A stretch of 64,000 nucleotides of DNA from Octopus vulgaris (GCA_951406725.2 OX597825.1:79112001-79176000); one strand, 5' to 3'; shown: positions 1-12,996, counted from the first letter of the stretch. Numbers and translations are program-made. The notes: generated from the sequence alone by a model not told the origin.

Positions 1-76
1 CATACAAAAATGTTATATGCACATAGAAACATATATTGCATAAACAAAATAAGAGGTATGCGCAGTACCTTATATA

Positions 77-117
<41 letters not shown>

Positions 118-707
118 TTCAACGGCAACGATGATGATATAAATGTTTAGATGCTTTGAGTCTACTATGTTTGCGTATTGAGTGTTTATGCTATATGTGT
201 GTGTGTGTACGTGCAAACATGCATGTATATACAATATATATACATGCATATTACACATGTACAACATATACATGCATATAACATAAATGTGAAATGTATG
301 CACCTATATGATTTGTACATATGAAAAGTATACGTTTATAGCCATAATACACACACTCCAGACGTGATGCACCGATGCTCTCTCTTCTGGTTACCATCGA
401 ACTCTTTTGTAGATGTTGCGATGACGGTCTGTGTCAACACTAGATGTACAGATTGGATATTAGATCGTTGGTTGGAGAACACCAAGTGTAACTATGTGCA
501 TGCCTCTTATATTTGCTTCTCCTGGTTCAGCACAGTGCATTTTTTCCTCCATATCTTCAAGCACTAAGTCAGAGCGCCAACATGAACAGCAGGTAGTGAT
601 GTCTTCCACTCTTAAAAGGGTTTAAGTTACTCCTTTTAACACGCATATGTGTATTCTTAAAAACATATCTGTAGATATATGTCTAATGCCTATAATACAA
701 GAGTGTG

Positions 708-739
<32 letters not shown>

Positions 740-1439
740 ACATGCATATACAATATGAATATACACAAAAGGAGCTATGTATGAAGTGTGCTGGTGATAA
801 GGAGGTAAAACCATTTATTTCTACAGTGGAAGAAGTTGGATGGAAAAAGGCGTAGAAAGTGTAATTTAGTTCACTTGTAAAAGACAACACTTAGCTTTGT
901 TTTTTAACGGAGGAAGAAGGCATCCAACGGCAATTTCCTACCTAAAATCAAGTTCAGCTCAGCAGCCCAGATCAGACGGAAAGTATTAACCTATCTCTAC
1001 CAACAGATATTAGTCAAAGAAATAACTGCTAGTAATAAACAAATAAGTGAACAACGCAAAACCTTATACACACATATCTAGTGAACAACGACTGTGCAAA
1101 CGAGCTTAGCCCGTACTTTCGTTTCGATTTACGATTTGTATTGACTGTAAAGTCCGTGCGTGGAAAAAACACCTCGTTTTATATGGAAAGGCATTTACAC
1201 CACAACCCTGCGTGCCTTATTTAATGCTGAAACTCGTAGCTGACAGTCTGCTTGTTTATGTATTAAAAAAAATACGAGGACTCAAGGAAGGTGAGGTGGG
1301 GCAGAAAAACCTAAGAGCGACGGGAGCAAAAAGGGGGATTGTTTCCTAAAATAGAGTTATCTCTCCTTAGGTAAACGTTATTACGCATGCATATACAAAC
1401 ACAAACACGCACCTACCTACCAACCTATATATATATATA

Positions 1440-1490
<51 letters not shown>

Positions 1491-3221
1491 TGAATGTGCA
1501 AGAGACAGTGAGTGAGCGAGTACAAGTGTGTGTTTGTGGATGTGTTGGCACACAAACGTTGGGTTGAGAAGAGCTCTCCAATAAATACATATATATATAT
1601 ACATATATATATATACATACATATATATATATATATGAAACTTACTTGGAAGTGGATGCGTGGCGTTCGATCATATAACAAAATAATAAATAAAACATAT
1701 GCATATATACATACATATATGTACGTACCTACATCTATATGTATATATACATGCATATATGGGTACAGGACACCAGAAAAAAACGTTTATATATATATAT
1801 ACATATAAATAATCTTAGTATTATGCATACACACACACAGAGAGGCACGACAGTTGGTGTAATAAACAGTTATAAACTACAGCAAAAGCATTTTCGTCTA
1901 CAATAATAACTACAGCATCAACAACAACAAGTGCTCTAAGTTGGCAGTGATGGTTACTGAGAGCCGAGGTGGTGGTGACTCAAAAGAAGCACATCTAGAG
2001 AATATATAATAGACATCTAGACAGACAGACAGACTGACTAACATGCCAAACAGTTATTCCACTCACACACGCCAACAATGTGCATCTCAAAAATCATATA
2101 TATATATATATATATATAATATATAATAAATGTATATAAAGTTATATGGCCGCGTATATATATGTTATGTATGAGTGTGTGTGTGTGTATATAGAGCTGT
2201 TCCTTCCTAGTATTTAATTTCCTCCTCTTCTCTGTGTGTGTTCAGGAAAGATAGATGCGCGTTTATAGCTGTATTTATACACAATCTTATACATACATAG
2301 GATGCTGGTTCGTGTCCTGCAGGTAGCCCTCGACCATTTTTCTTTTTTTTTTCTTTCTTGTTGCATCCAAGTCTCTCTTTTTTTTTTACTTATTATTATT
2401 ATATTATTAGATGTTATCATTTATAGCTGTGTCCACTTCGAGATTCACTCCTTAAAATGACAATATAGCTGCATCCAACCCTCCCCTGTCAACACCACTG
2501 TTGTTGCTGTGAGGGAGTCTGTGTGGTGTGTGTGTGTGTATGTATGGAGTGTAGATATATGTATGTGTTATATGCATTATGTATGTGTGTGTGTGTGCGT
2601 ATATTTGTATATGTGCATGTATGTGTGTGTGTGCGAGTGTCTGTGGGTGTGTGAGTGTTTGTTGTCAACTTGACGATAAGCGATGCGATGTGATGAGGAA
2701 ATTAGGCGAGATGAGATGAGATGATAAAAATAAAACACAAAACAAAAACAAATAATAAAAAAACAACGATGTTGCTGAAAGAAGAGATAATGAGACGACG
2801 ACGACGGTTTTTTGTGATGATGATGATGATGAGATGATTAGGAAACTGAGTGGAAAAGAGAGACGAGAAGAAGATGAAATGACAAGAGATGAGATGAGAG
2901 GAAAGTAAAGGAAGGAGATGAGATGAAGTCTGCAAAAGAGAGGAGATGAGAGAGAGAAATCAACACCGACGAATCGTAAAATTTTGTTTGCTCGCTTATT
3001 TGTTGATTCTTTTTCCATTTTTTATTCTTTTAATGTTTGCTTCGTTTTTTTTTTCTCGTTACGACAAATACACAGAACATCGCACATTTGTGTGCGTGTA
3101 TGATGTATGTATGTGTGAGTGTATATATATATATATATATATGTATAGATATATACAGGCACATATACACGAGATTAGTCAGTGGAAAGGGGAAAAAATT
3201 GACTGAAACATCATGACTTAC

Positions 3222-3332
3222 CCTAGTAGCTCCCGAAACTTCGCGCATAATAGCTTCGAAAGCAGCTGTCTCCTCTGCCTGCTTTTGATTATGTAAAGCT
3301 ATCTTCTCACTGAACTTCCGTGGATTCGCCAT
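3222..3332 (-). CDS. CRTC1: CREB-regulated transcription coactivator (CRTC/TORC), first coding exon (TORC_N CREB-binding domain)
   Basis: Translates as [37 protein letters not shown], the CRTC N-terminal signature. Strong start context GCCATCATGG. 37 codons end at a phase-0 donor AGG|GTAAGT (acttac at 3216-3221). No later exon recognised in 1-3221. The symbol is nominal; invertebrates usually have a single CRTC. Confidence 0.96.
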
Positions 3333-3390
3333 GATGGCTGCAGACTTGTTATGATTCCAGCAATGCAGGCGATCTGACCTGGCTAGCCTC

Positions 3391-3400
3391 AGCCAATCAC
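3391..3400. promoter_or_regulatory. CCAAT (NF-Y-type) box in the probable CRTC promoter
   Basis: AGCCAATCAC lies about 60 bp upstream of the CRTC ATG, in a CpG-retaining region. Function is inferred. Confidence 0.45.
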
Positions 3401-4867
3401 AAGCCTGCTTTTTGGTCATGTGTGTGTTCTCTGTGTACGTGCATGCGTGTGTGTCTGTTTGTATGCGCGTGTGTGTTTCGTTATGTGTGCGTGTGTGTGT
3501 TTTGGTGTACGTGTGTGTATGTGTACGCGCGCGTGTGTGTGTGTATGTTTATCTATATGTGAATCTATTATGTGTGTGTGTGTGTGTGTATGTGTTGGTG
3601 TATGTGTTTGTGTGTTTATCAGTAGTTCTATTTCGTACGTGTGAATATGTATGTGTATGTGTGTGTGTGTTTGTGTAATTATTGCCTTATGTGTATGTAT
3701 CTGTATGTGTATTTCCATTTCGTGTATACATGTATGTGTTTGGTGTATGTGTAGAGATGCTGTGTGCAACAAAATAACAAATAGAAAAGAAACAAAACAA
3801 CTTTTTAAAAGAAAATGTACAACAATCAAAACAAATAAAAATGAAAAAAATAACAAACAAAAAGAAAGAAGTACATTCGTTTCAAACAGTTTACGATTCT
3901 ATCTATGGAATTCTGTAAAGCCAACAATTTTACTCATCAAACTTTGTTGTTTATTGAAACTAATACTTTTATTGTTATTAATTATAATAATGATAGTAGC
4001 CTATGGGTGGTGAACTAGTAGAATCGATAGAGTATAGGACAAAATATATAACGCTATTCCATTAAGGCTTTTTACGTTCTAAGTTCAAATCTCCGAACTC
4101 GACTTCGCTTTTCATTCTTCCGGGGTTGATAAAAGAGGTACCAGTTGCATGCTGAGGTTGAATCATACCTCCCTTGCACACGCATACACACATCTGAGAC
4201 CGTGTACCTGTGTAAGAGATCGATATTATTAGATTATGGGTAAAGGTTCGGGGCTTGGCTGATGGATTTGTAGAACGGAATCGGTAAAGTGGTAGAAAAC
4301 ATGAAATGTCTTTTGCGGTCTTTAGTTATTTCCCTTTATATTTCTAAGCTCGAATCACGCCGAGGGTTGACTGCTCCCTTTTGTCATTCAGTAGGCGCTA
4401 AAATAAAGTACCATTTAAGTACCAGTGCCGATTTGACTGACTATTCCCCCTCCCACTGTCTGGCCACGTGTAACAAATTATTTGTAGTTTAGGTCTAAAA
4501 TCAATGGTTTAGTAGAATTGGAAGAACAGAAAACACACACACACTCATACACGCGCGCGCAGGCACACACATATACGTACAAGAAAAAAGTACAATAGTT
4601 TCATATGGTTGAAGGTCCTAACTATGGAATTCTATACGATCTACAATTTTGCTCCACAAACTTATTCCTTGTTTATCATCCTTGCGTCCATCAACAGTTG
4701 GAAAATGAATTATAATTAATAAAAACAAAAATAAAATTAAATTTAGTAGAAATCTTGTTGTTATATTATGAATTCAGATTGACTTCACAGCTGGATTTGG
4801 TTTCATCTGTTATTCTTTTGAGGGTGGTACATCAATAAGTTGGGGCCCAATCAAATGCTGGACTGGA

Positions 4868-5075
4868 TGATCATCTTCATTTAACGTCCGTTTTCCATGC
4901 TGGCATGGGTCAGACAGTTTGACAGGAGCTGACCTGCTGAAGAGCTGTTAAGGCTCCTTGTCTGTTTTGGCATGATTTCTACGGCTGGATGCCCTTCTTA
5001 ATGCCAACCCCTTTGCAGAGTGCATTGGATGGTTTTATGCAGCACCAGAACAGGTGCTTTTTATGTGGCACCAGC
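4868..5075 (-). mobile_element. Family D SINE-like element (RTE-type (GAT)n tail), degenerate
   Basis: catcttcatttaacgtccgttttccatgctggcatggg...ggctggatgcccttc matches the copies at 12997, 51575, 54443 and 60201. Confidence 0.7.
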
Positions 5076-5238
5076 CTTTACAAGCCTGCAAGATTAGGGA
5101 TGTTCAGCTGGAAAGGGCTACAAGGGACAAGCCTCTATGCAAGGGCAACCACAATTTTACTTAGCTTGAAATATCTTTTCAAACACAGCAAACCCCACCA
5201 GGGGTTTCAGTCCCTTGTAAGTCCCAATGTTTATAAAT

Positions 5239-5542
5239 GGAGGCATATGGCCTAGTAGTTAGAGCAGCGGACTCGTAGTCAAGGGATCGCGGGTCGAATC
5301 TCAGACCGGGCGATGTGTGTGTTTATGAGCAAAAACACCTAAGCTCCACACGGCTCAGGCAGAAGGTAATGGCGAAACTTCTGCTGACTCTTTCGCCACA
5401 ACTTTCTCTCACTCTTTCCTCCTGCATCTTGCAGCTCACCTGTGAAAGACCGGCGTCCTGTCCAGGTGGGGAACCTATATGCCAAGGAAACCAGGAAACC
5501 GGCCCTTATGAGCCAGGCATGGCTCGAGAAACAACAAACAAC
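5239..5542 (+). mobile_element. Family B tRNA-derived SINE, tail type B1
   Basis: Head ggaggcatatggcctagtagttagagcagcggactcg with A-box and B-box-like motifs. Very similar copies at 11163-11462 and 50399-50682. Confidence 0.85.
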
Positions 5543-5997
5543 GAATGTTTGTAGGTCCTTTCTCACCAATGTGGTTTGAAGGAACATAAATGAAGTTGTT
5601 CTTACCTCAACTTGCAGTCGGGTACCACTGGCAGATTGTTCAATTCTTAACACGGGTTGCCATGACCTCTCTTTGCCACATCTCACCTCTGTCGCAGGTA
5701 ACATGAACAAGAGGGAAACTTTTCTTCTCACTCGCTGATGTGACATCACCTCTTCTCTCTTCCAGTCTCCCTTCCACCACATGCCACCCCAACCCCCAAC
5801 CCCGATCTAAAAATCACTGCTCCTCTGTTGTCTCATAATCATCCATCCACCTAGCAGTGAGGACATGTTCCCTTAGAGATCTCTATAGGGTCACAGGGCT
5901 GCTTTACCTCTCCCCTTCATCATCGGAAGAGCTAATCACCCTTCGAATATGCAGAACATGATGCAGCATTCCATCAACTGATACACTATTCAGAGTA

Positions 5998-6372
5998 CCT
6001 ATTTCTTTATTGCCCACAAGGGGCTAAACACAGAGGGGACAAACAAGGACGGACAAAGGGGTTAACTCGATTACATCGATGCCAGTGTGTAACTGGTACT
6101 TAAATTATTGACCCCAAAAGGATGAAAGGTAAAGTGGACCACAGCGGAATTTGTACTTACAACGTAACAGCAGAAAAAATACCTATTTCTTTATTACCCA
6201 CAAGGGGCTAAACACAGAGGGGACAAACAAGGACAGACAAACGGATTAAGTCGATTACATCGACTCCAGTGAGTAACTGGTACTTATTTAATCGACCCCG
6301 GATGGATGAAATGGCAAAGTGGACCTCGGCGGAATTTGAACTCAGAACGTGATGGCAGACGAAATACCACTA
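5998..6372 (-). mobile_element. Family C SINE, head-to-tail dimer (Meta-like central domain)
   Basis: Two ~185-bp units starting cctatttctttat. The reverse complement contains the gcctttcatcctttcggggtcgat...aagtaccag domain that recurs throughout the window. Confidence 0.85.
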
Positions 6373-6517
6373 AGCATGGATGGATTCGGATGAAACTTTT
6401 GAGGATGTTTGGCCTCATGATTAGTACAAACTGATTAAATTTTGGGATTGATCCAGTACCGGGACAAACATTCTGGATTATTTTACCTATATTTTTACTT
6501 AAATTTTGTGTGGTTAC

Positions 6518-6593
6518 CATCGTCATCATCACGACCACCACCACCACCACCACCACCATTATCATCATCATCACCACCACCACCTCCACCATC

Positions 6594-6624
<31 letters not shown>

Positions 6625-6734
6625 CCACCACCACCTCCACCACCACCACCACCACCACCACCACCATCATCATCATCACCACCACCACCTCCACCATCAC
6701 CACCACCACCACCATCATCATCATCACCACCACC

Positions 6735-6768
<34 letters not shown>

Positions 6769-6869
6769 CCACCACCACCTCCACCATCACCACCACCACC
6801 ATCATCATCATCACCACCACCACCTCCACCATCACCACCACCACCACCATCATCATCATCACCACCACC

Positions 6870-6903
<34 letters not shown>

Positions 6904-6937
6904 TCATCACCACCACCACCACCACCACCATCATCAC
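6518..6937. repeat. Compound (CAC)n/(CAT)n trinucleotide array
   Basis: Seen directly; it produces the poly-H/T/P/G/D ORFs. Confidence 0.95.
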
Positions 6938-7210
6938 TGCCCTTATAATGTTCACTTTTCCATTCCTGCATGGATCATATTCGAATTCACTGATGCAAGA
7001 TTTTTCTATGGCAGCTGGCACTTCTTGTCAGCAATCTCCACTTGCTTCCATGATGTAAAGCAATTTTTTAACCTTGACCGGAGCGTGCTTTCACAGAAGG
7101 ATGGAAACGAATGACTCGGCATGCATGATGGTGATGCTTGATCAGAACCATCGCATGATGAGAATGACACAAACTAACCCAAACACACACACACACACAC
7201 ACACACACAT

Positions 7211-7505
7211 TTACCCAGATTGGAAATTTACATTTATACCGATAATAATTGGTGCACTTGGTTTTGTTAGTAAATGCCTAACCGATAGTCTGGATAAGCT
7301 TGGGTTTTCAGACAAGAAAATCAACCCAACTAATTCAGTCATTACAAATGCAATCAGTAAGTGGAACAGTAAAAATATGCAAGACTTTTCTGAAGTTTAA
7401 AATGGGACGTTGTTTTCATAAACTACATTCCGAATGATGGGACTTTGTATCTTTGTGAGAAACAAGCCTGCTTCTTCCTCAAAGGAAGAATCTAAATAAT
7501 TAAAA
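7211..7505 (+). mobile_element. 3' fragment of an R4/Dong-like (RLE-type) non-LTR retrotransposon
   Basis: YPDWKFTFIPIIIGALGFVSKCLTDSLDKLGF is a PxxIGALG RLE C-terminus. It is followed by a 3' UTR shared with the copy at 36001 and begins directly after (CA)n. Confidence 0.75.
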
Positions 7506-7527
7506 AGCAGAAGAGAACCATACTTGC

Positions 7528-7937
7528 TCTCTTTTACTTTTTACTCTCTTTTACTTGTTTCAGTCATTTGACTGTGGCCATGCTGGAGCACCGCCTTTAG
7601 TTGAGCAAATAGATCCCAGGACTTATTCTTTGTAAGCCTAGTACTTATTCTATCGGTCTCTTTTGCCGAACCGCTAAGTTACAGGGACATAAACACACCA
7701 GAATTGGTTGTCAAGCGATGTTGGGGGGATAAACACAAACATACACACACACACATATATATATACATATATACGACGGGCTTCTTTCAGTTTCCGTCTA
7801 CCAAATCCACTCACAAGGCTTTGGTCGGCCCGAGGCTATAGTAGAAGACACTTGCCCAAGATGCCACACAGTGGGACTGAACCCGGAACCATGTGGTTGG
7901 TAAGCAAGCTACTTACTACATAACCACTCCTACACCT
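7528..7937 (-). mobile_element. Family A SINE (tRNA-like head, CORE-like accttgggcaagtg segment, internal microsatellite, (GTAAAAGA)n tail)
   Basis: Full-length match to the copies at 18341, 20236, 31833 and 47502. Confidence 0.9.
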
Positions 7938-8129
7938 ATATAAGTATATCATCATCTTCATCATCATCGTTTAATGTCTGCTTTTTGTGCTGTTAAGAGC
8001 TGGATGGTTTGACGGAAGCTGGCTAGGCAGAAGACAGCACCAGACTTCTGTGTCTGTTTTGGCAAGGTTTTTACAGCTGGATGTCCTTCCTACCATCAAC
8101 CACCCAGCAGAGTTAATGCTTGTTTTTTA

Positions 8130-9350
8130 AGTTTCAGTTACAATAAAAACAATTTTACATTAATCTGAAGGGTTACTCTCTACTTTCACAGTGTAGAAGT
8201 TTATCCTTAAACAAGAAAATTGTTGACAGTGATTTCAAAGTTTCGGTCAGCTAAACCATCATTGAAATGCAATGCATTAGAATTAATCTTGGCTTTATAC
8301 AGTCTCTGTTGGGTTAAAGTCTTCCTTGGGTATGTGTGTTTGAATGGGGTAGTAATTAGGTTTTAGGATGTGTTGTTATGGAGAGGTGTTTTGGAGAAAT
8401 TTTTATTGATTAAATTTTAAAAAGGTGATCATGGGATTGCACCTAGAAAGTTACCCTCCAAGGCACGTGTTCAGACAAGGTTGTTTATAGAAGACCCGCA
8501 GTCACCCATGCATACCAGCCTCCTCTCCCACGCCACTGATGTTATCCAAAGGAAAGGCAAAGGGGCCAGTACAGCTTGGCACCAGTGACATTGCAATTCA
8601 TTTCCACAATTGAGTGAACTGGAGCAACGTGAAATAAAGTGTCTTGCTCAAGAACACAACATGCAGCCCGGTCCAGGAATTGAACTCAGAACCTTATGAT
8701 CGTAAGCTCGACACTCTAACCACTGAGTCATGCACCTTCATTTGATTAAATTTCGGTGTTATGCTATTGTTTAGAATATATTCATGTGTGTAGAGCTTTG
8801 TAAACAAGAGTGTGTTTGTGTGTGTCTGTTTGTTAGGTAGCCCCAAGATGTGTCGGTAGTTTTAGCTACATTTGGTCTTATTCAATTTAATCCTTTGCTT
8901 TGACAATGTAAAGGTCAGAAAAACCAAGTCCAGCATTTGAAACCTTAGTAATTGGGTGTGTCAACTATTTTGGGATGGAAATTTTTAAAGGTTCACAAAA
9001 GAATGGAAGTAGCTGGTCAGTTTTTTTTACCTGTTGTTGTTACATTTTTGATATTTTATATTTTATTTGCAAGGTGGTGACTATTAGTCAGGCATGTCAT
9101 GGTGTTGGTAGTGTAGAAAATTGCTTTCCTTGTGCACTGATGTTCACAAAAGTATTTAGTGAGGTGTAAAGGTTTCTTGGCCTGTACATTTCTCTGTAGG
9201 TGTTCATTGTACTGTATCCTACTCAAACACACACAACCAAGTAAGACTTCAACCCAACAGGGAATATATATAGTCAAGATTAACTTGACTGCATTACAGT
9301 AAACTGATTGCTTAACTGGCCAAAACTTCAAGGCCACTGTCAATACTATT
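8130..9350 (-). mobile_element. Probable Penelope-like element relic interrupted by a SINE
   Basis: Degenerate hammerhead-like motif on the minus strand at 8231-8270 (ATTTC-AATGA-TGGT..ACC-GAAAC..GAAAT). Only weak decayed-ORF resemblance at 9056-9343. Boundaries approximate. Confidence 0.4.
8418..8741 (-). mobile_element. Family E tRNA-derived SINE with 12-bp target-site duplication
   Basis: Head gaaggtgcatgactcagtggttagag...gagttcaattcc on the minus strand. Flanked by the direct repeat TTGATTAAATTT at 8406-8417 and 8742-8753. Confidence 0.85.
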
Positions 9351-9381
9351 CTTGCTTAAGAATAAACATATATGTGTGTGA

Positions 9382-9483
<102 letters not shown>

Positions 9484-9739
9484 TTATATACACCATTGAT
9501 AATGAAGAGGAGAGTGGAGATTTTATTCACATCCAAAAGTTTCTTTATTTAAGATTTTCCTACAGCATATACATCTGACCTACATATGTTTCGACTGCAG
9601 TGATTGAAGTTAACCTGTACCAGTATCTCTTTCTAAGTGCTTCAGTACTATAAAATGGATCATTGTGGATAGCCAGCATATTTATATTATAAGGTGACCA
9701 GATAGAATCATTGATACACCGAGTAGAAAACTTGGTGAC

Positions 9740-10684
9740 ATTTCATCCGTCTTTATATTCTGAATACACCAGTCACATGAACAAGTTCATCAATTGTTCG
9801 GTGACATTGCTCCAAGAATTTTCAAGTTGTTTTCATCCATTCGGGAGGTCAATGGGTGTCCTGAATGAGACTAGTCTTCGAGCAATGAGTGACCATTCCT
9901 AAAATATGAAAACTACTCGTAAACTTGTGTTTTGCACATGGCAGCATCCTTGTAAGCTGTTTGAAGTATGACAACTGTTTCAGCGGCCATTTTCCTCAGC
10001 AGAAAACAGAATTTCACAGAAGCACACTGTTCCTTCATTTCAGCTTACACAAAGTTTTCAAAAAGTTTTCAACATTCTCAACACAGAGACTATCAACACA
10101 GAGTCTTGTGCAACTGAAACCTGAATGTCTTTTTGGTCAGCTGAAAGCAGTTTTGGCACAAAAGGGGCAGACACACGTCTCATACCCAAATCTTTAGTGA
10201 TAATGGACAGAACTGAACCGTAACTAATCTGCACATCCTCTGATAACTCATGCATGGTGATTTGACGATTTCCCCTCACAGCTGCCAACACATCTGCAAT
10301 GTTTTTCTCAGTTCTGCTGTTTGCTTTTCTCCCAGAACTTTCATCACTATCGACATTTTCTCAGCCATCTTGGAAACATCTGAACCACTCATACACTTGT
10401 GTGCAGATCATACACTCCTCTCCATACACTTTCTGCAAATTTGTGTAGGTCTCTGAGCAGGTCTCGCCATGACAACTTTCTCTGTCATGGTCAATGCAAC
10501 GATCACATGCTACACACGTTCCTTCCAAGCACTGCTGTATACAGCAGAAGTGAGCTATAATGTTAAAACCTAGTACACATGCACAGCAGAGTCTAAGGTC
10601 AATCTGTGCCAAGCAGCCTCACTCCATGTACTTTAGCTTCGTTACTATGGCAACAGTCCGGATACTTGTTGATCAAACCTCATA
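9740..10684 (-). mobile_element. Mariner-family transposon relic: one TIR plus two tandem N-terminal (HTH) transposase fragments
   Basis: TIR TATGAGGTTTGATCAACAAGTATCCGGAC at the right end. First fragment reads LQKVYGEECMICTQVYEWFRCFQDG...ITKDLGMRRVSAPFVPKLLS (WVPxxL-like). Second reads VKFCFLLRKMAAETVVILQTAYKDAAMCKTQVYE at 9800-10045. Stop codons present. Confidence 0.88.
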
Positions 10685-11162
10685 TAAACATATGTTTGTT
10701 TATATAGGAATGTGTATATATTAGTTTATATAGGAATGTATATACATCAGAAGCATGCCCTCTTTGTAGGAAAGATAGGTAGTGCCAGGCTCCAACTAAA
10801 TTATAATTAATGATTATTAAATATAAAAAAAAAAAGTAAATGAATGATGCATTCAAAACTTCTTTAATGCATGGAATTCAGTATAGAATTTAGTAAATGG
10901 AAACTAATTTGATATTATAAAGACACAATTTCTGATGCCTTTTGAGCTCAAAGTACATACTAGCACACAACATTATTAATCCATATGTTATGAATGAACA
11001 TCCAAAATGAAATTAATATTTTGCTATGAAGGCAAAAATTAAACTGCCTTTGCTCAGATGCTCAGAATCATTACAAGTGAATAGTAGTAAGCGCTTGTGT
11101 GTTTATAGCGAAATTGGGTTAATTGAGCTAATTTATTTAACAGACAATATATCTCATGATGT

Positions 11163-11462
11163 GGAGGCACATGGCCTAGTGGTTAGAGCAGCGGTCTTGC
11201 GGTCGAGGGATCGCGGGTTCAAATCTCAGACCGGGCGATGTGTGTATTTATGAGTGAAACACCTAAGCTCCATGCGGCTCCGGCAGAAGGTAATGGCAAA
11301 ACTTCTGCTGACTCTTTCACCGCAACTTTCTCTCAATCTTTCCTCCTGCATCTTGCAGCTCACCTGCGACGGATCAGCGTCCCGTCCAGGTGGGGAACCT
11401 GTAAGCCAAGGAAACCAGGAAACCAGCCCTATGAGCCAGGCATGGCTTGAGAAGGAACAAAC
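11163..11462 (+). mobile_element. Family B SINE (B1 tail)
   Basis: Matches 5239-5542. Confidence 0.88.
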
Positions 11463-11807
11463 ACATCTCATGATAGTGTATAAAATACTAGTTGTGGATA
11501 CTAGTATAAAACACTAATAATGAATTCACTCCACCTTTTTCTTCATCATCGTTTAACGTCTGTTCTCCATGCTAGCATGGGTTGGACAGTTCGACCGGGG
11601 ATCTGGGAAGCCAGAAGGCTGCACCAGGCTCCAGTCTGATCTTATCTGATATACCTACAAATGTATATCATCTTCCTCTTTATCATCGTTGTCGTCATTG
11701 TCATCTTTGTTTAACATGTATCTTCCATGCTGGCATACGTTGGGAAGTTTGACAGGATCCAACAAGCCAAAGGGCTGTGTTGAACTTCCCCTACTTATTT
11801 GATCAAT

Positions 11808-12253
11808 GTGGCAGCAAGCTGACAGAATTGTTAGCATGCCGGGCAAAATTCTTAGCAGTATTTCATCTGCCATTACGTTCTGATTTCAAATTTCGCCGAG
11901 GTTGACTTTGCCTTTCATCCTTTCGGGGTCAATAAATTAAGCACTAATGAAACATTAGGGTTGATGTAATCAACTAGTCCCCTCCCCCAAAATTTTAGGT
12001 CTTGTGCCTATAGTAGAAAAGATTATAATATAGACAAGGTGGCAAGCTGGCAGAATTGTTAGCAGGCCGGGCAAAATGCATAGCGGCATTTCGTCTACCT
12101 ATACGTTCTGAGTTCAAATTCTGCCGAGGTCAACTTTGCCTTTCATCCTTTCGGGGTTGATAAATTAAGTACCAGTGAAAAACTGGGGTCGATGTAATCA
12201 ACTAGTCCCTTCCCCAAAAATTTCAGGCCTTGTGCCTTTAGTAGAAAGGATTA
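11808..12253 (+). mobile_element. Family C SINE variant, tandem pair with an alternative tail
   Basis: Two copies of ggcaagctggcagaattgttagca...gcctttcatcctttcgggg...ccttgtgcct(a/t)tagtagaaa. Confidence 0.85.
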
Positions 12254-12996
12254 TGAGCAACACCCCTTACAACTGACAAACAATGGCTACGTTTGTTTTA
12301 CAGGTTTTTGTTCAATGCTTCCAATGGATGACAACATTTTCTCTGAATTAGCTGTTTCATGTTGATTTTGCCCTTCATGACGGCATAGTATCTTTCATAT
12401 GCAATCCTGGTTTGGGGTAATTTTTACTTTTTTATTGAGTGCTAACTGTTTGTTGTTTCTATTTGATATGGTCACAGAGGACTCATTTGACAGCATTTGT
12501 GTTGATTCAGTCCAGGAAAGGTTCAATAGCCAGTCTGCTCGTCAATGTCGAGAAGAGAGCAACTCTTTGTTTAAAGCTGAGAAACACTCAGCTAACAAGG
12601 AATCCACTGACCAAGTTGAGATCATCATCATCATCATCATCATCATCATTTTAATTTTAATTTTATATACATGTATAAAGATAAATTAAATATAGCAATA
12701 TACTATTGACAATCCAATAATTTATTTATATTACAATATTACATTAAATACTATGAATATAATATAAAATATAACATAACATAATATATAAATAATTATA
12801 AAAACCAGAAAAGGCCAACAAATTGTTTCGACTTACATATGTTTTTTTTCTGATACACATAATCACAGTTCCATTATATATAAGCCATTTCAGGGTCCTT
12901 GGTTCAGAAAGTATCAGTGAATTGGATGTTTAACACACCCCTTTGAAGGATTTCTTTTCCTCAGTTTGTTATAATATATATATACGTGTATATATA

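Noticed and set aside
364-890. Short ORFs within CRTC intron 1 as a possible exon 2
   Set aside because: No CRTC motif such as GGSLPNV and no convincing minus-strand splice sites.
5239-5312. tRNA-like sequences at SINE 5' ends (also 11163, 21161, 37238, 8670-8741)
   Set aside because: They are SINE heads continuous with conserved bodies and do not form complete cloverleaves.
12304-12620. Two plus-strand exon-like segments with acceptor and donor motifs
   Set aside because: The first has stops in all three frames. The second has no donor and no recognisable homology.
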